A stretch of DNA of 64,000 bases from a bacterium (GTDB taxonomy: Bacteria; DUMJ01): assembly GCA_012839925.1 (NCBI GenBank), contig DUMJ01000083.1, forward strand, positions 3,116 to 67,115, read 5' to 3'. Positions 10,162 to 21,049 of this stretch are shown here, piece by piece. The notes beneath the pieces were generated by a model, which saw only the letters and a list, made by a program, of their open reading frames with translations, had not been told where the DNA came from and searched no databases. Made by a program: the position numbers and the translations under genes. The stretch's first letter is position 1; each line of letters begins with the position of its first letter.

Positions 10162-10829
10162 GCATCACCTCTAAAAGTATATCCGACCCCTCTTATAGTC
10201 TTTATATATTTACCCTTTTCTCCCAATTTCTTTCTGAGATAGTTAATATAAACCTCTACCAGGTTCTCCCTTCCTCCATCATAATCTTCCCAGACCACCT
10301 CCAGTATTCTATCTTTACTCAGGACAATTCCTTCATTTGCCATCAATAGATATAAAAGAGAAAATTCTGTTTTAGAAAGTTCTACATCCTTCCCATCAAT
10401 TAACAATCTATGCTGATCAGGGAAAAGTTCAATGCCATAAAGGCTCAAGCTGGTCTCCTTTATAGATGTTTTCCTGCGAGATATCGCCTCTATTCTTGCC
10501 ACAAGCTCTTCTATATTAAATGGCTTCACCAGATAATCATCCGCCCCGTATCTAAATGCTTCAAGTTTATCTCTTATATCTCCTAAAGCGGTAAGCATAA
10601 TGATACCCAAAAGAGGATTTCTATTTCTCAGTCTCTTAGCAACTTCTTTCCCATTTATTCCAGGAATCAGGATATCCAGGATAACTACATCTGGCTTGAA
10701 ATCTTCGCTTTCTACAAGGGCATCATATCCATCATCAACCACTTTAGTTATGTATCCCTCATGGGAGAGTTCAAGCTCCAGAACCCTTGATATCTTAGGG
10801 TCATCTTCAACAACAAGAACTTTCTTCAT
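10158..10829 (-). CDS. OmpR/PhoB family response regulator
   Basis: VVEDD, VVILDI, MLTA, GADDYLVKPF, winged helix VEVYINYLRKK...TIRGVGY. Confidence 0.95.
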   Translation of the reverse strand: MKKVLVVEDDPKISRVLELELSHEGYITKVVDDGYDALVESEDFKPDVVILDILIPGINGKEVAKRLRNRNPLLGIIMLTALGDIRDKLEAFRYGADDYLVKPFNIEELVARIEAISRRKTSIKETSLSLYGIELFPDQHRLLIDGKDVELSKTEFSLLYLLMANEGIVLSKDRILEVVWEDYDGGRENLVEVYINYLRKKLGEKGKYIKTIRGVGYTFRGDA

Positions 10830-10869
10830 ACTCTTCCTCCAAGATTATTATAACATCAAATCAACAATT

Positions 10870-10923
10870 CTAAGGATTCTTTAAGATTATCCTTAGTAAA
10901 TACTAAGTTCTCAATTTTATACT
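10870..10923 (+). promoter_or_regulatory. Four-box 11-bp-periodic operator plus -10 element (OmpR-type site)
   Basis: CTAAG 10870, TTAAG 10881, CTTAG 10892, CTAAG 10903, 10 nt, TATACT 10918. Confidence 0.7.
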
Positions 10924-10951
10924 CTAACAAAACTAAAACTGGAGGTCAATT

Positions 10952-11707
10952 ATGATCCAACTCATAGAATTATTGAGCAGATATCAGTTATGGATAATAT
11001 TCTTAATTGCAGGTATAGTTTTATATTTATTAAAATTACATCCTATTAGAAAAGTAATGCTCTTTCTAAGCGTTATTGTCCTTGGATTTTATCTTGGAGG
11101 CTGTCCCTGTCCAAGCGGATCTGTATTTCACCTTTTTACAGGGGTGGGAAGTTTTCTTTTTATAATCTCCACAATAACCACTTTACTGTTTGGAAGGGTC
11201 TACTGTGGATGGGTATGTCCTCTAGGCGCAGTCCAGGAATTAATCTTTACAGGCAGGTACAGGGTCAGAATACCTGAGAAATTTGATAGATACTCGAAAT
11301 ATGTAAAATTTCTTATCCTGGCGACTTTTCTCTATCTTACAATCTCCACGTCGACATACACCTGGGGTAAATATGAGCCATTTAAGGTCCTGTTCAACTT
11401 TGGAGGTAACAGGATAGCCTTCATACTTCTATTAATAACCATGGGACTATCTATGTTTATAGAAAGAGTCTTCTGCAGATATATATGCCCGATGGGAGCA
11501 GTATTCTCCATTATTTCCAGATTCTCCATTTTTGGGCTGAGGATAAACAAAGATAGATGTGTAAATTGTCTGCGTTGCACCAGGGATATATGCCCAATGG
11601 GTGCAATTGAAACCACTCATGATAAAATTAAAATTGATAAGAGAGAGTGTATAGATTGCCTGAAGTGTAAGGATATATGCTCAAAAGGGGCCCCAACGTG
11701 CAAATAG
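10952..11707 (+). CDS. Membrane 4Fe-4S binding protein (NapH/MauN/NosR C-terminal-like)
   Basis: TM helices, GCPCP, GRVYCGWVCPLG, RVFCRYICPMG, two C-terminal ferredoxin motifs. Confidence 0.88.
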   Translation: MIQLIELLSRYQLWIIFLIAGIVLYLLKLHPIRKVMLFLSVIVLGFYLGGCPCPSGSVFHLFTGVGSFLFIISTITTLLFGRVYCGWVCPLGAVQELIFTGRYRVRIPEKFDRYSKYVKFLILATFLYLTISTSTYTWGKYEPFKVLFNFGGNRIAFILLLITMGLSMFIERVFCRYICPMGAVFSIISRFSIFGLRINKDRCVNCLRCTRDICPMGAIETTHDKIKIDKRECIDCLKCKDICSKGAPTCK

Positions 11708-11723
11708 AGCCCCTCTATCTTTC

Positions 11724-12572
11724 TCAGGATAATCTGATTGCCTGACTTAATAACTGGATACTGGCTAATATTCCCTCTTCAGAAGGTGCTTTTCCCTCAA
11801 ATTCAATAGAAAGATAACCCTTATAATCAGCATCTTTAAGCTTTCTAACTATTCTTATATAGTCAGGATTAAGCCCAAAGTCATAGAAGATTCCTCCGCC
11901 CCAGTATGTCTTGGCATGAACAAGTGCTGTATAAGGAATAAGAGCCTCTATCTGCTCATAAGTATTCTCTCTAAAGTTTCCACAATCCAGACAGACTCTC
12001 AGCCATTTGCTTCCAACACCATTTATTATATCCAGCACACCTTTAGCCGAATAAGTAAGTCCCCAGTGATTCTCTACAGCCAGAGTAATTCCATACTGGC
12101 TGGCGAAATCGGTGCATTCTCTGAAAGATTCTATATTCCAGTCTATTCCCTGCTCATAAGAATATCCAGGTAGAGGTGGTTCTTTACCATCCAGAGCCAT
12201 CAGTTCTATAAAACTCTTAACTGTCCCCCATCGACCGCCAAAAATCCTTATTACAGGAGCACCAAGTTTAGAGGCTATAACAATCCACTTCTTTACCTTT
12301 TCTATCTCTGATCTTCGAACTTCCGGGTCTGGATCTACGAAGTTGTTATGGACTGACAATGCATAGATATCCTGCGAGTTCTGTACAGCTAGCTGTTTAA
12401 TCTTCGAGATATACTCATCATCCTCTGAAGCAAATTGAACCGCCAGTACCTCCAGACCATCAAGCCCATATTTATATGCCAGGGGAAATATCTCTTCCAG
12501 AGTAAAACTGATCTCTTCTGGTCTCCCATAATCAAATCTTTTAAATGAGTAACTTGAACTTCCTATTCGCAT
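11724..12572 (-). CDS. Sugar phosphate isomerase/epimerase (xylose isomerase-like TIM barrel)
   Basis: DGLEV, LAVENHWG, LDCGNF, HAK, YLSIEFEG. Confidence 0.85.
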   Translation of the reverse strand: MRIGSSSYSFKRFDYGRPEEISFTLEEIFPLAYKYGLDGLEVLAVQFASEDDEYISKIKQLAVQNSQDIYALSVHNNFVDPDPEVRRSEIEKVKKWIVIASKLGAPVIRIFGGRWGTVKSFIELMALDGKEPPLPGYSYEQGIDWNIESFRECTDFASQYGITLAVENHWGLTYSAKGVLDIINGVGSKWLRVCLDCGNFRENTYEQIEALIPYTALVHAKTYWGGGIFYDFGLNPDYIRIVRKLKDADYKGYLSIEFEGKAPSEEGILASIQLLSQAIRLS

Positions 12573-12599
12573 ACTCTCCTCCTTATCTATAATAAAATC

Positions 12600-13184
12600 T
12601 TAAACTTTAATGCTTTTATCTTCAGGAACCTGTCTCTCCTCTTTATGTATAAATTCAAAGATGAAATAGCATAGACCTATAACAAGAATAATATCACCGA
12701 TACTGTGTACACTTGCGTATGGTCTTAAAAATGTTGGGGCTATTATATCCCCAAGAAAATTGAGATGTGTCTCCTGGGACATTATTGTACCGTTATAGTA
12801 TTTTCCAAACTTATTGAGCATATCAACCTTATCAAACTTTCCCATTGCTTGAAGTTTATTAATATCCTGTGGCATATATCCCCTGTTAGCAACTATAACG
12901 GTAAGATTAGAGAGAAACCCTATAAGTGCAATCCTCAATCCTCTATATCTTAAATTCAGGAGCATTGCAGCAAGTAATATAAGTAGTGACAAAATATATA
13001 TGTATGGTGTAAGATACCGATAGTTTGAATAGAAAAATCTCTCGGTGAATATAATCATCTGCAGGATAACAGCTACCAGAATAAGAGGAAAACCACGAAA
13101 GGGCTTCTCTTCAATACCGCTAATACCCCTGTTAAAAAGTATTGCTACTATAAAACATACTATAATTGCCGCTAAAAAAATCAT
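12600..13184 (-). CDS. DUF5317-like membrane protein
   Basis: Hydrophobic helices with G..SNL.VI.AN.G.MP, L.FLGDII, SIGDI motifs. Confidence 0.7.
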   Translation of the reverse strand: MIFLAAIIVCFIVAILFNRGISGIEEKPFRGFPLILVAVILQMIIFTERFFYSNYRYLTPYIYILSLLILLAAMLLNLRYRGLRIALIGFLSNLTVIVANRGYMPQDINKLQAMGKFDKVDMLNKFGKYYNGTIMSQETHLNFLGDIIAPTFLRPYASVHSIGDIILVIGLCYFIFEFIHKEERQVPEDKSIKV

Positions 13185-13250
13185 TCACCCTTCTCTTTAT
13201 ACCTGTATGTCTGAGAAGCATTTTACCATATTTTCCTCCAGAAAGAAACC

Positions 13251-13470
13251 TTATCAGAGAAACTCTTTGATGTATTCTTTTATCTTTTCAGCTAGGGTAT
13301 CGTCTGTATTACCGGAGTTCTTATTAAAGATAGCTATTATCTTTTCTGTTACTTCTTTCTCTCTAGTTGAAAAATTAAAAATTTTTGCGCCTCTGTTTCT
13401 GTTACTGATTCTGATACTGTTTCTGTTACTGTAGAGACCCTGGTGGGAGGGTCTATAGAGGGTCTAAATA
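13251..13470 (-). pseudogene. Possible degraded remnant of a phage-type replication-initiator gene
   Basis: Start-less frame RPSIDPPTRVSTVTETVSESVTETE, then a shifted helical frame ending EKIKEYIKEFL. DNA repeats CTGTTTCTGTTACTG x2 (13393, 13417) and GAGGGTCT x2. Confidence 0.35.
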
Positions 13471-13591
13471 ATTTACCTATAGGTGGATCAAATAAAAATA
13501 TCTTTCTTAAAGATGTTTTTAATATTATTAAGAAGTTATATTTGAAGAGAATGGAAACTCAAAACTTGTAATTTTTTGAATCAATAATCAC

Positions 13592-13667
13592 TGGTGCCCC
13601 CAAGGGAACTCGAATCCCTGTCTCGGCCTTGAAAGGGCCGTGTCCTAGGCCTCTAGACGATGGGGGC
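13592..13667 (-). tRNA. tRNA-Glu(TTC)
   Basis: GCCCCCATCGTCTAGAGGCCTAGGACACGGCCC-TTTCA-AGGCCG...GATTCGAGTTCCCTTGGGGGCACCA; cloverleaf with encoded CCA. Confidence 0.97.
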
Positions 13668-13669
13668 AC

Positions 13670-13744
13670 TGGTGAGCCGCACAGGGATTGAACCTGTGAC
13701 ACCCTGATTAAAAGTCAGGTGCTCTACCACTGAGCTAGCGGCCC
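13670..13744 (-). tRNA. tRNA-Lys(TTT)
   Basis: GGGCCGCTAGCTCAGTGGTAGAGCACCTGAC-TTTTA-ATCAGG...GGTTCAATCCCTGTGCGGCTCACCA. Confidence 0.97.
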
Positions 13745-13794
13745 AACAAGTCTTATTTTAACAGATAAATTCTGTTTTGTAAATAGTCTAAAAT

Positions 13795-14811
13795 TCAACT
13801 AAAGATCTTGATTATCTCATCAGCCTCGCTGACTTCAAGATCCAGGAGCTGTCCACTAGATGATAGCATCTTTATTCCATAATTCTCTGGCTTTATCTCC
13901 CCAATAACCCTGGCTAAAATACCATTATCTTCGTATAGTTTAATGAGTTTTTCCGACTCTTCTTTCGGCAGAGCTATAATCAATGTCCCGGATGTTATAA
14001 GACCCAGAGGATTTATACCGTACTCTTTGCATAGAATTTTCGTCTCTTCAAAAACAGGTATCTCTGATTCATATATAAGTGCCCCCTTCCTGGAAGCCCT
14101 GCAGACCTCATATATCCCCATTCTTAGACCACCCTCTGTCGGATCATGCATGGAGTGTATATCAATCTCCTTACATAGGGAGACCTCTTTATATACACTT
14201 ATCCCTGGATTATAAAGAAACCTTTCACATCTACTTATAAAACTTTTGCTGTAACCTTTAAGCATAAGTTCATCCTGCTTTTCTCTTGCTATAATGGCAG
14301 TCCCTTCAACAGCAATCCCCTTTGTTATAACTATAAGGTCCCCTACCCTGGCATTGGAGGTCACTATAAGTCTATCCTTTTCCACCTCCCCCAGCATACA
14401 TCCAACTATAATAGGTCTATCCAGTCCTACAGTAACTTCCGTATGACCTCCTATAACCGCCACACCAATCTCCTCACAGGCTTCAGATATCTGTGATGAT
14501 ATCTTTTCCAACATCTCTTCTGTAGCTTTCCCCTGTGGAAGAAGTATCGAAGACATAAACCATTTTGGGGTAGCACCTCTGGTCAATATGTCATTTGCAT
14601 TAACATTAACAACATACCAGCCAATATTCTCTGTAACAAAGGTAATCGGATCTGTCTTTGCTATAAGATATCTATCGGTAAAAGATATAACCGCTGCATC
14701 CTCACCAACCGAAGGACCAAGAATTACTCTTGGGTCCTCCTTCCCTCTATAAACAGATATTAATCTATCAAGAAGCTCTGTATTTATCTTTCCTGTCTTT
14801 AAGTATCCCAT
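13795..14811 (-). CDS. AIR synthase-related protein (HypE/ThiL/PurM-like fold)
   Basis: GPSVGEDAA, KTDPIT, VNANDI, GGHTE, MHDPTEGG. Start moved to ATG 14811. Confidence 0.88.
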   Translation of the reverse strand: MGYLKTGKINTELLDRLISVYRGKEDPRVILGPSVGEDAAVISFTDRYLIAKTDPITFVTENIGWYVVNVNANDILTRGATPKWFMSSILLPQGKATEEMLEKISSQISEACEEIGVAVIGGHTEVTVGLDRPIIVGCMLGEVEKDRLIVTSNARVGDLIVITKGIAVEGTAIIAREKQDELMLKGYSKSFISRCERFLYNPGISVYKEVSLCKEIDIHSMHDPTEGGLRMGIYEVCRASRKGALIYESEIPVFEETKILCKEYGINPLGLITSGTLIIALPKEESEKLIKLYEDNGILARVIGEIKPENYGIKMLSSSGQLLDLEVSEADEIIKIFS

Positions 14812-14863
14812 AAGGTATATTATAATATATAAAAAGATAAAAAGAACAACAAGGAGGCTATAG

Positions 14864-15370
14864 ATGCAGAAGTTAGTTAGAACAATTGCATATATAGGTA
14901 TAGGATCAGCGATTGTATGTGCTGGGACCATGATTATCCAGATCCCAATCCCTCAGACCAGGGGGTATATAAATCTTGGCGATGCCCTGGTACTTACCAT
15001 AGCCATGCTGTTTGGATCCAAGATAGGTGGGTTAGCAGGAGGGCTTGGTTCTGCTCTGGCTGATATATTATTGGGATATGCACACTGGGCTCCTTTTACT
15101 TTTGCTATAAAAGGTATAGAAGGACTGATAGCTGGAAGTTTGGCATATAAAGCTCAGAATACGATTGTAAGAGTTCTTTCCCTTATTCTGGCAGGATTAG
15201 AGATGGTCGCTGGATACTTCATAACGGAGACATTTATGTACGGGGTAGGACCAGCGGTGGTAGAATTGCCTGGTAATTGTTTTCAGGCTGGCGGTGGAGT
15301 GCTGATATCAATGCTTCTTTTTCTGGCAATAAAAAGGGTAACAAAAGGGAATAAGGTCTGGAATATATAA
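14864..15370 (+). CDS. ECF transporter S component
   Basis: Hydrophobic 168 aa; IPIP.TRGYINLGD, GSALADIL.GY..WAPFT; AGGAGG SD. Confidence 0.85.
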   Translation: MQKLVRTIAYIGIGSAIVCAGTMIIQIPIPQTRGYINLGDALVLTIAMLFGSKIGGLAGGLGSALADILLGYAHWAPFTFAIKGIEGLIAGSLAYKAQNTIVRVLSLILAGLEMVAGYFITETFMYGVGPAVVELPGNCFQAGGGVLISMLLFLAIKRVTKGNKVWNI

Positions 15371-15374
15371 TTTA

Positions 15375-16452
15375 ATGCCGATGAGAATAAAACCCCTGAT
15401 ATCTATTGCTATAATTCTAATTATAATTTCTTCAGTATCTTTTACTGAAGCCTCGGAGTTAACTATAAGGGTCCTTATCTACCAGGGTAAGGAGTTCAGT
15501 ATATCTGGAAACTCTCTGGAGGTCAGTATAAAAAACGGAGAGCAGTTATTTATAAAAAACTCAGACAGGGTAGACGGAAGAGTGAATTCTTCCAGATTAA
15601 GTATAAAAATTATAGAAGGAGATAAATTGAATGAGCTCAGCCTGGATACAAGTTCAACTATCGATATAACGGGAGAGAACATTTCGGTAAACGGAAACAA
15701 CTACAGAGGTAGCTTAAGAGTTATATACAGGAGTAACAGTGTAATCATAGTAAACATACTCCCTCTGGAAGAATATCTATATGGTGTAGTTCCATCAGAA
15801 GTCCCTTACTACTGGTCAAAAGAAGCATTGAAGGCTCAAGCTGTCCTTGCAAGAACATTTGCGCTGAAAAATATAAGGAATACTCCGGGGAAAGACTATG
15901 ACCTAGACGATTCTCAAAACTCTCAGGTGTATAGAGGAAAATCAGGAGAGTATAATGAAACCAACGAGGCGGTCGACCTTACAAGGGGAGAAGTAGTTCT
16001 TTACAATAATTCTCTCGCCAGTGTATACTTCCATTCTACATGTGGAGGGCATACAGAACTGCCAGAAAACGTATGGAAAGTTGAGAAATTTCCTTACCTG
16101 AATGGAGTAGAATGTGGATACTGTAACGACTCTCCCTGGACTAATTGGGAAATTACTGTGAAGAGGGATGCATGGGAAAAGACCATGGGAAATGGAGAGA
16201 TCGATATAGAATATGATGGCAGTGGAAGGATTTTAAGGCTGAACGGAATAGATGGAACCAGGATGAGAAGTGTATTCAATCTTCCCAGTACACTTATTAT
16301 CGGAATAGAAGTGGAAGAAAAAGATGTATTAATAAAGGGGAAAGGGCTGGGACATGGTGTGGGTGTCTGTCAGTGGGGGATGAAAAAGATGGCAGAACTG
16401 GGGTTTTCTTATAGAGATATAATCTCATACTACCTTCCAGGAGTGACTGTAG

Positions 16453-16472
<20 letters not shown>
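15375..16472 (+). CDS. SpoIID/LytB domain protein (lytic transglycosylase-like)
   Basis: YRGSL, LEEYLYGVVPSE, ALKAQAVLARTFA, SQVYRG, FHSTCGG, GHGVGVCQWG. Confidence 0.92.
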
Positions 16473-18584
<2,112 letters not shown>

Positions 18585-18587
18585 ACA

Positions 18588-18863
18588 ATGGGAGAAGGAC
18601 AATCTTTATTGTATCCCCTTATCTTCTGGGTTGTCTTCTTTGCAATCTTCTACTTTATACTTATAAGACCTCAGAGGGAGAGGGAAAAGAAACACAGAGA
18701 ATTTATAAACAATCTGAAAAAGGGAATGAAGGTGATAACTGAAGGAGGATTTCTGGGAACTATAGCTGAGGTCAAGGAAAAAACTGTCCTCATCAAATTT
18801 GCCGATAATGTGGTACTCGAGGTACTTAAAGACTCGGTTGTTGCGAAACAGCCAAAGGAATAA
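18588..18863 (+). CDS. yajC: Preprotein translocase subunit YajC
   Basis: FYFILIRPQ, LKKG.KVIT.GG..G; directly follows tgt. Confidence 0.93.
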   Translation: MGEGQSLLYPLIFWVVFFAIFYFILIRPQREREKKHREFINNLKKGMKVITEGGFLGTIAEVKEKTVLIKFADNVVLEVLKDSVVAKQPKE

Positions 18864-21049
18864 TGGAATCAGCCATCCATGGTCTGGTTTATCTGATATT
18901 CTTCTTAGTTATAGGTATCCTGCCAGGGATATTCTATCCAGAGACATTTGACCCATTCGAACTGCCTAAGCTTGTATTTATAAGGGCAGGCTTAGGCTTA
19001 TTTTTTTTATTGGTCCTGTTCTACAGGAGAAAGTCTAAGCAGAGCAACTCGCAAGTATTACCACATATGATCATCTTTATAATAGCAATGTCTCTCTCCA
19101 CTATCCTCTCCCAGTATCGATGGACAAGTTTTCACGGTGAATGGGAGAGATATATGGGATTATCTTCCATGCTACCTATAGTCCTGGCTGGACTTGCCCC
19201 GGTATTTCTTGACCGGAAAAAAATTCCACTGTTAAAGTATGCGTTTCTTCTTGGATTGGTACTGGTAATAATAAGAAGTTTCAGACAGATACTTGGATAT
19301 GAAATTATTTCCATAGATAGTTTTGGAGGTAGACTTCTTGCTTCGCTGGGGAATCCTGATTTTCTGGGTGAGTATCTGGTGATGGTGATACCTCTATCTA
19401 TGATAGAGGCTATATATTCAAAGAAAAGGGTATGGAAGGTCATCACCTTTGTTATATTTTCCCTGACATTTCTGGCTCTCCTCTTATCCGGCACAAGAGG
19501 GTCCTGGCTTACATTTCTTATACTACTTGTAATTATGCCTCTCATATTTGTAAAACCCAAAACGCCTCGTTTTGTCTATCGTAAAACAGTGTTCTACGTC
19601 CTTTTCACTGGCACACTTATAGCTATGCTCTTATATCTTCCGGCAACCGTATATATCAGGTTATTACTATCTATTCTGCTTATCCTCTGGCTATACCTGT
19701 ATATAAGATATCTCTACCCATATATGGGAGAGGAGATAAAGATTCGCAAAATATCCATCATTATTATGGCTATTATTATGATTGTCCTATACTTCTCTCT
19801 ACCTTATATAACCAGCCTGATCCCCCATAGAGGAGATGTGATAAGTGAAACGTTGAAACTCAGATTAAAAGCTATGACAGAGGTGGAGAGTGGAAGATGG
19901 TATATGTGGAAGTCTGCATTTAGGCTTATAAGGGAGGAGATGATCTCCGATCCGGTAAGACTCCTATTCGGGTATGGACTGGATACTACAGGTAAATACC
20001 TATCACATTATAAAGATATAGACTCGGCAAGGATGGATCCGATGGATAATATAGTTTATGCCGATAGGGCTCATAATGAGTATCTAGAGATACTCTTACA
20101 GACCGGATTACTTGGCTTTTTAACTTTTATCATTCTTCTTATAACCACTGTCAAGAAAGGAATAGAGATACACAGGAGTACCCATCCATACAGGTTATTT
20201 GCAACAGCTATGACACTTGGAGTGATAGGATTTATTATAAATGGAGCTGTCATCTTTGGCACAAGTGTTACCTATCTGTATCTGTTCGTGATGTGTGGCA
20301 TTATCGGAGTAATATACACACCAAGGGGGAGATTATGGAGGATAAAGAAAGATATTATTTACAGAGTTATAGCGGTATTCGCCCTGATCTTCTGTATATA
20401 TACCACTTATACCGGATTGAGACAACTTCAGTCCCATAAATTTCTCTTAAAAGGGGTAGAGGCTATAAACAGAGGAGAACTGGTAAGTGCAGAAGAATAT
20501 CTCGATAAATCAATAGAGGCTTATCCGATAGGTTACGCCTTTCAACGGAAGCTTGAGATCTATAATATAAGACTGAGAGAAGAAAAATCTAAAGAGGCAT
20601 TCGATAAATGTATTGGATTATTTCCCCCTATGATTGAATATGTAAAATATCCAACCAGTGTATATTATGCGATGGCATCTATATATATGGACGGATATGA
20701 ACTGGGTTTAGACAAAACTATGCTGGATAAAGTAATTTACTATCTTAAAGAATGTATCGAGTATGATAAGTATCACAAGCCTGCACTGAGAATTCTAGCC
20801 AGGATATATATGGATTATCTTAAAGATTCAGAATCAGCCTATCTCTACGCTAAGAGGTATGTAGAGATAGAACAGAGGGATATAGAGATGTGGAGACTTT
20901 TAATGAGGACTTCAAAAGATGTAAAAGACTGGGAGACAGCCTGGTTCTCAGCTAAAGCCATATACCTGGCAACAGAGGGAAAAGACAGAGAGGCTGAACG
21001 TTACCTCAGAGAGTCTGAGGAATATATCAGTCCTTCCAGAAACCCTTAG
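18863..21049 (+). CDS. O-antigen ligase-like (Wzy_C) membrane protein with C-terminal TPR-like region
   Basis: Many TM helices, FELPK, SLGNP, SGTRGSW, R..MW, GYG, RAHNEYL..L.QTG..G; helical repeat tail. Confidence 0.85.
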   Translation: MESAIHGLVYLIFFLVIGILPGIFYPETFDPFELPKLVFIRAGLGLFFLLVLFYRRKSKQSNSQVLPHMIIFIIAMSLSTILSQYRWTSFHGEWERYMGLSSMLPIVLAGLAPVFLDRKKIPLLKYAFLLGLVLVIIRSFRQILGYEIISIDSFGGRLLASLGNPDFLGEYLVMVIPLSMIEAIYSKKRVWKVITFVIFSLTFLALLLSGTRGSWLTFLILLVIMPLIFVKPKTPRFVYRKTVFYVLFTGTLIAMLLYLPATVYIRLLLSILLILWLYLYIRYLYPYMGEEIKIRKISIIIMAIIMIVLYFSLPYITSLIPHRGDVISETLKLRLKAMTEVESGRWYMWKSAFRLIREEMISDPVRLLFGYGLDTTGKYLSHYKDIDSARMDPMDNIVYADRAHNEYLEILLQTGLLGFLTFIILLITTVKKGIEIHRSTHPYRLFATAMTLGVIGFIINGAVIFGTSVTYLYLFVMCGIIGVIYTPRGRLWRIKKDIIYRVIAVFALIFCIYTTYTGLRQLQSHKFLLKGVEAINRGELVSAEEYLDKSIEAYPIGYAFQRKLEIYNIRLREEKSKEAFDKCIGLFPPMIEYVKYPTSVYYAMASIYMDGYELGLDKTMLDKVIYYLKECIEYDKYHKPALRILARIYMDYLKDSESAYLYAKRYVEIEQRDIEMWRLLMRTSKDVKDWETAWFSAKAIYLATEGKDREAERYLRESEEYISPSRNP

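Noticed and set aside
13592-13744. Intact integrative element at tRNA-Glu/Lys (or at tRNA-Leu 53827)
   Set aside because: No integrase and no duplicated tRNA 3' end seen in the window.
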